A stretch of 64,000 nucleotides of DNA. Origin: an uncultured Acidobacteriota bacterium (GTDB lineage: Bacteria > Acidobacteriota > Thermoanaerobaculia > UBA5066 > DATFVB01). The notes under the pieces were generated by a model, which did no database searches, was not told the origin of the DNA, and saw nothing but the letters and a program-made list of their open reading frames with translations. The stretch lies in the NCBI GenBank assembly GCA_963714035.1, contig OY970224.1, forward strand, positions 2,549,831-2,613,830, read 5' to 3'. Positions 39,492-48,005 of the stretch are shown in pieces; position 1 is the stretch's first letter; each line of letters opens with the position of its first letter. The position numbers and the translations under genes are program-made.

Positions 39492-40282
39492 ACGTTTCCC
39501 GTGATCTCGACGTGCTCGAGCCGGTCGATCGGCCGGCCGAGGAATCTCTCGGCCACACCCCGAAAACGCTCCGCCGCATCGGTCACGCAGACATGGTATT
39601 CCGAATCCTCCTCGTTCCGCCGGGCCGGTGTGAGGAGCGGCCGGACGGCTTCGCAGACCGCGTCGGCCGAGTCGACGAGCGCCGCGTCGGGCAACGTCGC
39701 CGCGATCGTTTCCTTGAGCAGCGGGTAGTGCGTGCATCCGAGGACGAGCGCGTCGATTCTTCCCCGGAGGGGCGCGAGGTAGATTTCCGCCGTTTCGCGC
39801 GCGACCGCGTTGTCGGTCCAGCCCTCTTCGGCGAGCGGGACGAATAGAGGGCAGGCACGAGCGATGACTTCCCGGTCGGCCGCGCGGCGGGCGATCGCGC
39901 GGACGTACGCGCCCGAGGCGATCGTCGCTTCCGTCCCGATGACGCCGATGCGCCGGTGACCGGTCGCGACCGCCGCTTCCGCCCCCGGCTCGATCACGCC
40001 GACGACGGGGACCGGCGAGATCGCCTCGATCGAGTCGAGCGCCAGCGCCGAGGCGGTGTTGCAGGCGACGACGAGGAGCTTGACGTCCCGGGCGAGGAGG
40101 AACCTCACGTTGGCGAGCGAATAGCGCTCGACCGTTTCGGGCGATTTCGTTCCGTAGGGGAGCCGGGCGGTGTCCCCGAGGAACAGGAACGACTCCCGCG
40201 GGAACTCTTCGCGGAGACGCCGCACGACGCTGAGGCCTCCCACGCCGGAATCGAAGACGCCGATGGGCCGCGGATCGCTCAT
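39488..40282 (-). CDS. murI: Glutamate racemase
   Basis: [13 protein letters not shown] and VVACNTAS...GCTHYP catalytic Cys motifs. Confidence 0.9.
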   Translation of the reverse strand: MSDPRPIGVFDSGVGGLSVVRRLREEFPRESFLFLGDTARLPYGTKSPETVERYSLANVRFLLARDVKLLVVACNTASALALDSIEAISPVPVVGVIEPGAEAAVATGHRRIGVIGTEATIASGAYVRAIARRAADREVIARACPLFVPLAEEGWTDNAVARETAEIYLAPLRGRIDALVLGCTHYPLLKETIAATLPDAALVDSADAVCEAVRPLLTPARRNEEDSEYHVCVTDAAERFRGVAERFLGRPIDRLEHVEITGNV

Positions 40283-41049
40283 CGCGGCTTTCCCGGCGGA
40301 GGGGGCCGCGGCGCCGAGGTGGCCGCGGGTGGAGGCGCGGTGGTCGTCGCGGGTGGAGGCCCGGTGGTCGCCGGGGACGGAGGCGCGGTGCCGGTCGCCG
40401 GCGCGTCGGCTGCGGGAGTTTCGACGGCCCCGCCCAGAACGTCCTTCATCGCGGGAATCGGCCGGGAGAGGTCCACGTGGCCGGCGAGCGTTTCGACGGC
40501 GCTCCCGTTGACGAGGATCTGCACCCGGTCGGTCCGCGCGATGTTCTGCAGCATGGCGTTGACGACCGCGCCGACGCAGGCGAGCTCTTCGCCCGATCCG
40601 GCCGCGCGCGCCCACGCGGGGTCGACGTTCACGTCGACGACGACGCGTCCGTCGCCGGGCACGAAGGCGTTTCGAAGCGTCATCCCCGACGGCAGCGCCG
40701 ACAGGAGGAGAGGGTCCTTCGGCCCCGCGATCTCTTCCCGCATGATCGCCCGCGCGAATCCGACGGCGTCCGTTGGCTTGTCGACGTCGCGTTCTTCGGG
40801 GCGCAGGGTCCCGTCGTCCCGGGCGACGAAGAAGAGAGTCACGCGGGTCTTCTCCGCGGGCGGCGGCGGAAGGGGAGCGGGCGCGAGACGGAGCGGCGCG
40901 GCGGATCGGGACCGCACCACCTGTCCCAGGCCCTGCCGCCGCCGGCTCTCGGCGCGCTCGCGCGCGAAAACGAAGAGCAGCACGACCGCCGCGGCGGAGA
41001 GAATCAGCAGCGCCCAGGCTCCCTTCTTACCCACGGATGCTTCCTTCAC
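40279..41049 (-). CDS. GerMN domain-containing protein (Pro/Thr-rich C-terminus)
   Basis: N-terminal TM. GerMN-like segment ([12 protein letters not shown]...). Commonly adjacent to amidase and murI. Confidence 0.55.
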   Translation of the reverse strand: MKEASVGKKGAWALLILSAAAVVLLFVFARERAESRRRQGLGQVVRSRSAAPLRLAPAPLPPPPAEKTRVTLFFVARDDGTLRPEERDVDKPTDAVGFARAIMREEIAGPKDPLLLSALPSGMTLRNAFVPGDGRVVVDVNVDPAWARAAGSGEELACVGAVVNAMLQNIARTDRVQILVNGSAVETLAGHVDLSRPIPAMKDVLGGAVETPAADAPATGTAPPSPATTGPPPATTTAPPPAATSAPRPPPPGKPR

Positions 41050-41145
41050 CTCTCCCGGCGGGAGACCGCGTCGCGCCGCAGCCTCCGGCGAAGGCGGAGG
41101 TCGACGAGCGAAGCGAGGCGGGTGAGGGAGCCATCAGCGGGTTTC

Positions 41146-42621
41146 CTACGCCGGCGGCGCCGCGGGATGGCTCTGCAGATACGACGCGATCGCGCGGGCG
41201 ATTGCCTCGGCGATGCTCTGCCGGAAATCCGGTGTCGCGAGCTTCTTCGCCTCTTCCGGGTTCGAGATGAACGCGGTCTCGACGAGGATCGCCGGCATCG
41301 TGGCGCCGACGAGCACCCGGAAGGGCGCCTGCTTGATCCCGCGGTTTTCGGTGTGGAGGAGGGTATTGAGCTCGTTCTGGGTCGATTCGGCGAGCGCGGA
41401 GGACTCCTTCAGGTGCGCCGACTGCGCCATGTCCCAGAGGATGAAGTCGAGATCCGCGGGAGCGGAGGCCTCGCCCGCCGGGCCTGCGGTCGGCGCCGCG
41501 GTGTTTTCGTCCCGGGCGACCGCCGCCGAGACCGGGTCGGTCGCCCCGAGGGAGAGATAGTAGGTCTCCGACCCGTGCGCTCCCGGCGCTCTCGACGAAT
41601 TCGCATGGATCGAAACGAAGACCGCCGCCTTCTCGTGATTGGCGATCGCGGCGCGTTCGTCGAGGGAAACGATCGTGTCGGTCGTCCTCGTCAGGACGGG
41701 CCGCACCGCGGGATCCCGGGCGAGGATCGCCGAGAGGCGGGAAGCGATGTCGAGCGTGATGTCCTTCTCGACGACGTTTCCGGGACCGATCGCTCCGGTT
41801 TCGTCGCCGCCGTGGCCCGCGTCGATCACGACCGCGCGCGGCGCGGGAGCGGGGGCAAGCGGAATCGGCGCCTCGGGGGCGGGCGCCGGATGGGTTCCCG
41901 GAGCGGCGGCCGCGCTCTCGGGGCGCGTGATCTCGAGGACGAGGCGATCGGGCGCCTTCAGGGGATACGCGTTGACGGCGAGCCCCGGCTCCCGGAACAC
42001 GATGGCGGCCGTGTTGGCGGCGATGTGCACCCGCGAGACGAACGGATCCTCGAACGAACGATCGGCGGTCACCGCGACGATCGGCCGTTTGAACGTGACG
42101 GTGAAGCCGTCGCGGGAGCTCGACGTTTCGTAGTCGACGGGCGCGCTCTCGCGGAACACGACCTGGGTCATCTTCGCGAGATGCACGAGCGCGACGTCGA
42201 CCGTCGCCCCCCCGGCGGCTTCGGAGTGGACGCGGATGCGCCGGCCGGCGCGGTCGTAATCGGCCGAAATTCCGACCGCGGGGAGCAGCGTCTTTTCGAA
42301 GAATTCCCAGGGCGCGTAGAGCGTGCCGGAAAACGCCCGGGTCGGATGCGAGAGGACGACGACGCGGTCGTCGAAGGCGACGGTCGCGACACCGTCCGCC
42401 GCGACGATCCGGTGGCCCGAGATTTCGACCGCCAGGGCGGCCCCCGGCTGCGCCTGGGCGCGTCCGCCGAGGCCGGCGGCGAAATCCGGAATCGACAGGA
42501 GGCCCCCTCCCTCGGCCGCCGCGACCGGAAAGGTTTTCGCGCCGGCCGTCACGGTGACGGTCGTCGGATCGGGCGCGGCGATCGCCAGGAACGCCGCGGC
42601 GAGGATGTGAGGGAGGAGCAC
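41146..42621 (-). CDS. N-acetylmuramoyl-L-alanine amidase (AmiC-like, N-terminal AMIN domains)
   Basis: Amidase_3 motifs VIDAGHGG...VSIHAN..., C-terminal LVETAFISNPEE. Start is uncertain (GTG 42621 giving signal peptide LLPHILAAAFLAIAAP). Confidence 0.75.
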   Translation of the reverse strand: MLLPHILAAAFLAIAAPDPTTVTVTAGAKTFPVAAAEGGGLLSIPDFAAGLGGRAQAQPGAALAVEISGHRIVAADGVATVAFDDRVVVLSHPTRAFSGTLYAPWEFFEKTLLPAVGISADYDRAGRRIRVHSEAAGGATVDVALVHLAKMTQVVFRESAPVDYETSSSRDGFTVTFKRPIVAVTADRSFEDPFVSRVHIAANTAAIVFREPGLAVNAYPLKAPDRLVLEITRPESAAAAPGTHPAPAPEAPIPLAPAPAPRAVVIDAGHGGDETGAIGPGNVVEKDITLDIASRLSAILARDPAVRPVLTRTTDTIVSLDERAAIANHEKAAVFVSIHANSSRAPGAHGSETYYLSLGATDPVSAAVARDENTAAPTAGPAGEASAPADLDFILWDMAQSAHLKESSALAESTQNELNTLLHTENRGIKQAPFRVLVGATMPAILVETAFISNPEEAKKLATPDFRQSIAEAIARAIASYLQSHPAAPPA

Positions 42622-42813
42622 GCCGCATTGTAAACGGGGCGCGCGGGGGCTGCGGCGGTGCCAGTTTCGACTCGCGCGTCGCGAGCGGGGAAGTCGAAAG
42701 TCGAACCGGAGATTGTTTCGCCTCTCCCGGCGGGAGAGGCCGGCCGAAGGCCGGGTGAGGGAGCTGCCTTCCGATCCGCTGGTGGGGAGAGTGTCTGGTA
42801 CAATATATAGATT

Positions 42814-43416
42814 GTGGATAAATACCTTGCCGACGCTTTGAAGCTCCGGCCCGGCGTCGAGCGCACCGCTGCGCTGGTTGCCTGGTTTCAGGGGCTGTTC
42901 CCGCCGGATTTCCCTGTGCCGGTCCTCGTCGGCGGGGCGGCAGTGGAGCTCTATACGGGAGGGGCCTGTACCACCGGCGACCTGGACTTCGTGGGCGACA
43001 TTCCCCGGCGGGTGGCGGACGCGCTGAGGGTCTCCGGTTTCCGGAAAGAAGGTCGTCATTGGATTCTCGAAGCCGGCGAAGTGTTCATCGAAATGCCCGG
43101 ATCCTCGCTGGAGCCCGATGAGCCCGCCGTTCAAATCCAGGTCGGCGGTAGATCGGTGATCGCGGCGAGCCCGGAGTCGATGCTCGTCGATCGGCTCTCG
43201 TCCTGGCAGTTCTGGAGATCGTCGGTCGACGGCGTCAACGCGTATCTGTTGTGGAAAGCTCAGGAAAAACGAATGGACGGCGATCGAATTGCCGCGCTCG
43301 CAAGAAAACAGAGCGTCGAGAAAGCGCTCGAAAGCCTGACTTCGTTCGTGGCCGAGTGGCGCGGGCGGACCCCTGCCGACCGTGATCTCGAGGTTTGGGC
43401 AGCAAGGTTCCCGTGA
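42814..43416 (+). CDS. Nucleotidyltransferase-fold-like hypothetical protein
   Basis: GTG start. GG..(n)..GDLDFVGD resembles the minimal NTase motif. 200 aa. Confidence 0.4.
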   Translation: MDKYLADALKLRPGVERTAALVAWFQGLFPPDFPVPVLVGGAAVELYTGGACTTGDLDFVGDIPRRVADALRVSGFRKEGRHWILEAGEVFIEMPGSSLEPDEPAVQIQVGGRSVIAASPESMLVDRLSSWQFWRSSVDGVNAYLLWKAQEKRMDGDRIAALARKQSVEKALESLTSFVAEWRGRTPADRDLEVWAARFP

Positions 43417-43931
43417 GGATCTTCAAGCCCGGGAAGCCCGGGCCCGCGACCGGTCTTCGTCTTCGGCTCCGGAGGACTCGACCTCGCGTCTACGAAGAAT
43501 GGAAGGCCCTCCGGCGATGGGGCAAGCTTCCGGACTGGGAGTCGAGCCCGGCCGGTTACCTGCTTCGGCTCACCCGCGAAGAGGCAAGTCTCACGCAGGC
43601 CGAGTTGGCGAAAGCTCTTCACCGCTCGCAGCAGGCGGTGGCGCAGGCGGAGCGCTGGGCGAGCAATCCGACGCTCGCATTCGTTCACCGATGGCGACAG
43701 GCCTGCGGGGTGCGTCGGCCGCTGGAGAGCGGCTTCGCCGAGCGGGGGACGTATGGGGAAGACAGAGCCGTCGAATCGATTCGGCTCGATCCGGACCTTG
43801 CCGTTCGATTCAAGACGTCGAGCGCGGTAAACCGAGCTCTTCGCGCCTTTGTCTTCGAACACGGGCGGAGGCGCCGGTCGGTGACGAAGGGATCGAAAAC
43901 CCGTTCGAGCAGGGCCGCCGAAAGGCGTTGA
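43413..43931 (+). CDS. XRE-type helix-turn-helix DNA-binding protein
   Basis: GTG start overlaps the upstream stop (GTGA). HTH LTQAELAKALHRSQQAVAQAE. The 3' end overlaps the convergent DoxX ORF, so the true C-terminus is uncertain. Confidence 0.45.
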   Translation: MRIFKPGKPGPATGLRLRLRRTRPRVYEEWKALRRWGKLPDWESSPAGYLLRLTREEASLTQAELAKALHRSQQAVAQAERWASNPTLAFVHRWRQACGVRRPLESGFAERGTYGEDRAVESIRLDPDLAVRFKTSSAVNRALRAFVFEHGRRRRSVTKGSKTRSSRAAERR

Positions 43932-44403
43932 CTCGCAACTCGCCGACTCGCGACTGGTCCTTCGGCATCGTCCGCCCGATCCCGCCGTCCACGGACAACG
44001 GCCCCGGTCCGACGAGCAGCAGGAAGAGTCCGCCCGCGAGCATGCAGAAATCCGTCCGCGCCTCGTGCACCGCCGGCCAGAAGCCGGAATGAACGAGCAT
44101 CGGGATCTTCGTGGTCGCGATAGCGACCGAGATGTCGATCAGCAGCGGAATGACCGCGAGCCGCGTCGCCATGCCGAAGACCACGAGACCGCCGCAGACG
44201 ATCTCGACGAAGCCCACGAACGGCGCCGAAAGGGACGGCACCGGGATCCCGATCTTCGCGAATCGCCCGATTCCGAGCGCGTCGGGGAAGAGGAACTTCT
44301 GGATTCCCTCCGCGAGGAACACCCCGCCGACGAGGAGGCGAACGAGGATCGTGGCGGCCGGGGCGGAATTGTCGAGATCCGATGTTTCGCCGCGCCCGCT
44401 CAT
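43810..44403 (-). CDS. DoxX family membrane protein
   Basis: DoxX-like TM pattern (LVRLLVGGVFLAEGIQKF...). ATGA overlap with the upstream hemerythrin gene. Low-complexity C-terminal tail. Confidence 0.6.
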   Translation of the reverse strand: MSGRGETSDLDNSAPAATILVRLLVGGVFLAEGIQKFLFPDALGIGRFAKIGIPVPSLSAPFVGFVEIVCGGLVVFGMATRLAVIPLLIDISVAIATTKIPMLVHSGFWPAVHEARTDFCMLAGGLFLLLVGPGPLSVDGGIGRTMPKDQSRVGELRVNAFRRPCSNGFSIPSSPTGASARVRRQRREELGLPRSTS

Positions 44404-45119
44404 TTCGGCGGCGCGGGCGCCGTGAACTGCGCCAGGTCCGCGAGCCCCAGCTTCTCCTCGATGTCGGAGATCTTCTTTTCTGCGTCCCCGAACCCGTCGT
44501 GCCCGAACATCCTGTGCTCGATCTCCTCGAACTCGTCTCCCTTTTCGTCGAGCTGCTTGTTCGTGAAGCCCGATTTCCAGGCCGGGAAGACGATCGTGTC
44601 CTCCCGCGCGGCATGGTTCTCGTACATCCGGTCGAGCGCGTCGAAGGCGCCGGCGAGATCCGCGCCGGCCGACGCCGCGACTTTGCCGTTCCGTGTGGTA
44701 GCGAGGATGTACTGCGTGATTTCCCGGCCGCGGCGATGCTGCGCGACGAGGATGTCCGCCGCCGCGGCGGCGCGCCCGCCCCGCTTCTTGACGACCGGGA
44801 AGATGTGCGCTTCCTCGAGGAGCTTCTCGTGGTACTCCTCGCCGAACGTGCGGAAGAGCCGGGCGGCGTCGGCGATCGCCGCCGCGTCGACGCTCGCGGC
44901 GTCGCGGCGCAAACGGACGGCCGATTCCCGGTAGACGAGCAGGACGCGGCGCAGGATGCCGTGCTCGCGCATCAGGTCTTCGGCTGCCGTGACTTCGGGT
45001 TCGTCATCGTCGTTGCCGGTCGCGGTCTTTTTGGGCTCCGTCAGCGCCGGGAGGGTCAGGAAAGCCGCTCCGGCGGCGAGCGAAGAAGCCAGCAGGGATC
45101 GGCGGGAAGAGTGATTCAT
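44400..45119 (-). CDS. Hemerythrin HHE cation-binding domain protein (signal peptide/Tat-like N-terminus)
   Basis: GAAAGGAGC RBS. MNHSSRRSLLASSLAAGAAFLTLPA, then H..E/H motifs (MREHGILRR, EEYHEKLLEEAHIFP, ENHAAREDTIVFP). Confidence 0.65.
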   Translation of the reverse strand: MNHSSRRSLLASSLAAGAAFLTLPALTEPKKTATGNDDDEPEVTAAEDLMREHGILRRVLLVYRESAVRLRRDAASVDAAAIADAARLFRTFGEEYHEKLLEEAHIFPVVKKRGGRAAAAADILVAQHRRGREITQYILATTRNGKVAASAGADLAGAFDALDRMYENHAAREDTIVFPAWKSGFTNKQLDEKGDEFEEIEHRMFGHDGFGDAEKKISDIEEKLGLADLAQFTAPAPPK

Positions 45120-45260
45120 CCGCGCTCCTTTCAACGAGTTCCGGATTGCCTGCAAAAAACGTGCGGAAGGCCCGCGGCGCAGCATCCTGCACCCGGAAAG
45201 GTCGTCATTGCCGAATTTACGCCGACGGCTCTTCTGGCGGACGCGTATAATTTTGCCGTG

Positions 45261-45476
45261 ATGCATCGCTATACGGTGGTTCTCGAACCCGAAACCGACG
45301 GCACCTTCCACGCCTTCGTGCCTGCGTTGAAGGGTTGTCACACGACCGGATCGACTGAAGCAGAAGCTCTCTCCAATGCGGAGGAAGCCATTTCCGTCTA
45401 CCTCGAGAGTCTGACCGCCCGCGGCGAACCGATTCCTGCCGAAGATCTGATCTTTCGCCCCGTCGAAGTGGCGTGA
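45261..45476 (+). CDS. hicB: HicB-like antitoxin (UPF0150 family)
   Basis: MHRYTVVLEPETDGTFHAFVPALKGCHTTGSTEAEALSNAEEAISVYLESL matches HicB N-domain proteins. Confidence 0.7.
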   Translation: MHRYTVVLEPETDGTFHAFVPALKGCHTTGSTEAEALSNAEEAISVYLESLTARGEPIPAEDLIFRPVEVA

Positions 45477-45705
45477 GTCCAAAGAGTCCGCTCGTGACCG
45501 CGGACGAACTCGTCCGCGGTAGTCCGACGACTCGGATTCGAGCTTGATCGGCAGAAAGGGAGTCACGCCGTCTATCGCCGGGAATCCGACAGGGCCCGGG
45601 TCGTCATCGCCATGCACCCCGGTCGGGCCATCCCTCCGAAAACACTGGCGGCTATCCTCGATGACCTGGGCATCTCGGTGGAGGAGCTCAGGAACCTGCT
45701 CTAGG
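45473..45705 (+). pseudogene. hicA: hicA toxin gene interrupted by a single-nucleotide frameshift
   Basis: GTG overlaps the hicB stop. Frame A reads VSPKSPLVTADELVR then stops. Frame +1 continues VVRRLGFELDRQKGSHAVYRRESDRARVVIAMHPGRAIPPKTLAAILDDLGISVEELRNLL (HicA C-terminal motif GSH..). One extra G in CGCGGTAG causes the shift. Confidence 0.6.
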
Positions 45706-45716
45706 ATCGACTTGCG

Positions 45717-45956
45717 ATGAAAACGGCTAAACCGCGTCAGAAGGCGGCGTCTTTCAGAGAACAGTACGATTTCTCGAAGGGCGAAAGGGGTCGCTACGCT
45801 CGAGAGCCCTTCGTCGAGATTCCCGCGCGTGAACAGTGGCTGTACGAGAATCCCTCGGCTCTGGAGAGCGTCAAGCGCGGCCTTCGCCAGTCGAGAACGG
45901 GCGACACGATCCCGCTCGGCTTCGCTTCGCGGCAGGCGCGCAAACGAAAGAAGTGA
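45717..45956 (+). CDS. Small conserved hypothetical protein, possible TA-system antitoxin-like (EQYDFSKGERGRYA motif)
   Basis: Track ORF. The YDFSKG.RG.Y motif recurs in small antitoxin-like proteins. Assignment is tentative. Confidence 0.4.
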   Translation: MKTAKPRQKAASFREQYDFSKGERGRYAREPFVEIPAREQWLYENPSALESVKRGLRQSRTGDTIPLGFASRQARKRKK

Positions 45957-46034
45957 GGTTTAGTCTTCGCCTCACGCAGGAGTCGAGGTTGGGTCCGCCG
46001 CTCTGATCCGCCTCTGTCCACCTGGAAAATCGAC

Positions 46035-46320
46035 GTGAGCGCCATCCTCCCACTGTCATCCCGAGGAGCTAGCGGCGATCGAGGGATCTCGGTCGCGGTG
46101 AGAGGTCGTACCCGCCCCTCTCCACCTGGGGCAGCGCGTCAAACGCGGGGAGGTCGCCGGTCCGCCTTTTCCGCCCCAACCTTCAACCCGCAACCAGGAA
46201 CTCGCCACTGGCGGCGGCGGCGCGCCCGCCGCCGTGATCCGCCCCTCCCCACCTGGAGAGGGGCAGCGCGTCGAGCGCGGGGTGAGGTTTCACGCCCGGC
46301 GCGGTTGCGCTGGGCGTGTT
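46035..46320. repeat. Dispersed repeat family A-like copies (GTCATCCCGAGGAGC...)
   Basis: Shares termini with 33300-33800 and 61995-62290. Confidence 0.5.
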
Positions 46321-46342
46321 AAAATACCCTTCGATCTTTGAA

Positions 46343-46703
46343 GGGGGCGAAACGGTTTCGACGGGGTCGCCTGGTCGAAACGTCGCATGCCGAGGTTCAC
46401 TCGCCTCGTAAAATAGGGTGAAAAAAATAGTTGCGAACAGCAACCTCGCACTGGCCGCCTAATTAAAAACTAGGTAATGGTCACGTCCTTCCCGGAGCGC
46501 GCCCATCGCGCTGGAAAAGGGCGTCGCAAACATGGGCTCGTTCGGCAGGGTCCCCCGGCCCGGCCGGAGACACCAATTCGGGGCAGGGTCGGCGCGTTTG
46601 GTTCCTCTTTGAGCGCCGGCCCGAGATCAAAGAGGAACTGAGCATGGAGTGGCGTTCCGTTCCACTTCTCCGGACGCGGGTTCGACTCCCGCCGCCTCCA
46701 CCA
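46343..46703 (+). ncRNA. ssrA: tmRNA (SsrA), tag peptide ANSNLALAA
   Basis: 5' GGGGGCGAAACGGTTTCGACGGGG...GCATGCCGAGG...CTCGTAAAATAGG (tRNA-like domain and PK1 match the E. coli ssrA pattern). Tag reading frame GCGAACAGCAACCTCGCACTGGCCGCCTAA. 3' GGACGCGGGTTCGACTCCCGCCGCCTCCACCA T-arm/acceptor/CCA. Confidence 0.85.
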
Positions 46704-46904
46704 TCCGCCTTCGCCCTGCCAATCGCTGCGCGATTGACGACGCTACGGCGCGATTGAAGAGACCGCCGATGACACCGGAAAGCGAAGGCGGATGTCACGC
46801 CATAGCTCGCCGCCTTCAGCGAAGGCGGAAGACGAGCGACGGCGGACCATCCACCGTCGGCCGCGCGCCACGCTCCGCTGGAACCGCGCGGCCTCCCACC
46901 GCGC

Positions 46905-47700
46905 AATCCTCCTCCGCTCGATTACTTCGCGGAGACTAATCGCGCGGTGACCTCCGCGGCTCGGGCTGAGCCCTCGACCGCTCCGGCGCCCCACCAAAGA
47001 GAGGCACGTCGCGACCTCGCGGAGCTCGGATCGCGAGCTTGCCTCATAGCAGTAGCGCTCGCGGGATATCCAGCGCCTTCCGTCGCTTGGCGACGGAGTT
47101 GCCACGGAGTGGCGGGCGCGCCAGCGCAGGCGCGTCGATCGACAAGCACGCCAGTGTGAAGTCCATCGCCGCGCGATTTCCGCAGCGGCCGCCAAATACA
47201 CGAATACAGGGCCGTCCCCACGCCGATCTCCCCACGCCGATTCAGGACCGCCCCAAAGCCCCGTGACGACAGCGACCGTGCGGCACAACCGCGGAGGGGG
47301 AACCCCAAGGTGCAAAATAAAGATCTGACCCCAGACCTCTCCCGTGACGGTCCCCGCGGCGGGCCTCCCGGCACTCATCGTTCTGGGACTGGCTCTCGCC
47401 GCCGCGGGCGCCGTTCGATTCTCCCGAATCTCCTGATTTCAGCGCTTCCAGGGTGAAGCACCGAAGCCTCTTGCTCGCCAAGGCGACCGGCGCGCTTGGC
47501 GCTGACGCGCCGGCCGCTTCGCGGCTGCGACTCACGTCGCGCGCTGGAATTTCTTCGGCGAGACTTTTCGCGTCGCGACCTCCGCGGCTCGCTTTCTCGG
47601 CTCGACCTCAGCGGTGCCCCACCCACCAAAGAAAGACAACTCGTGACCGCGAAATACATGAAAACAGGGCCGTCCCCAGAGTTCCTCCACATCCCAATTC
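46905..47700. repeat. Repeat-rich spacer (family B copy in reverse orientation at 46915-46995, partial copy ~47570-47625) between ssrA and the low-GC island
   Basis: TTACTTCGCGGAGACTAATCGCGCGGTGACCTCCGCGGCTCGGGCTGAGCCCTCGACCGCTCCGGCGCC is the reverse complement of the family B core. No convincing gene. Confidence 0.5.
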
Positions 47701-48005
47701 CATCCGCCAATTCCATCCTCGGCGTTGGCTTGATCTCAAACCGATTGACACGGCGGGGGCGGCGTGAGGCGAGGGTATTGGATGAGAGACCCGAAAGATG
47801 TGGCGTACGGTGCCCGCCTGCCCCCAAAGTTCACCACTCCCGATGGGAAGGTCGTGGGGTAGGATTTGTCCACAATCTGGGAGGCACGCATGCCCGTCCC
47901 ACAACTGGGTCAGCTGAAGAAGGCCGATCTCCGAACGATGAGGGTCGCGAGATGAGATTAGTTTATGGAACGACTTGGGTCTTAGCCGCCTAGTCTCCTT
48001 AAGAA

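Noticed and set aside
41027-42628. ATG-initiated 533-aa ORF in an alternative frame over the amidase gene
   Set aside because: Arg/Gly-rich junk. The amidase frame carries the Amidase_3 motifs. Its start was assigned to in-frame GTG 42621, though this is uncertain.
46700-48000. Integrase/recombinase expected next to ssrA
   Set aside because: No ORF in this interval has tyrosine-recombinase (R..HxxR..Y) or serine-recombinase motifs. Only repeat-derived ORFs are present. The island may be decayed, or the integrase may lie elsewhere.
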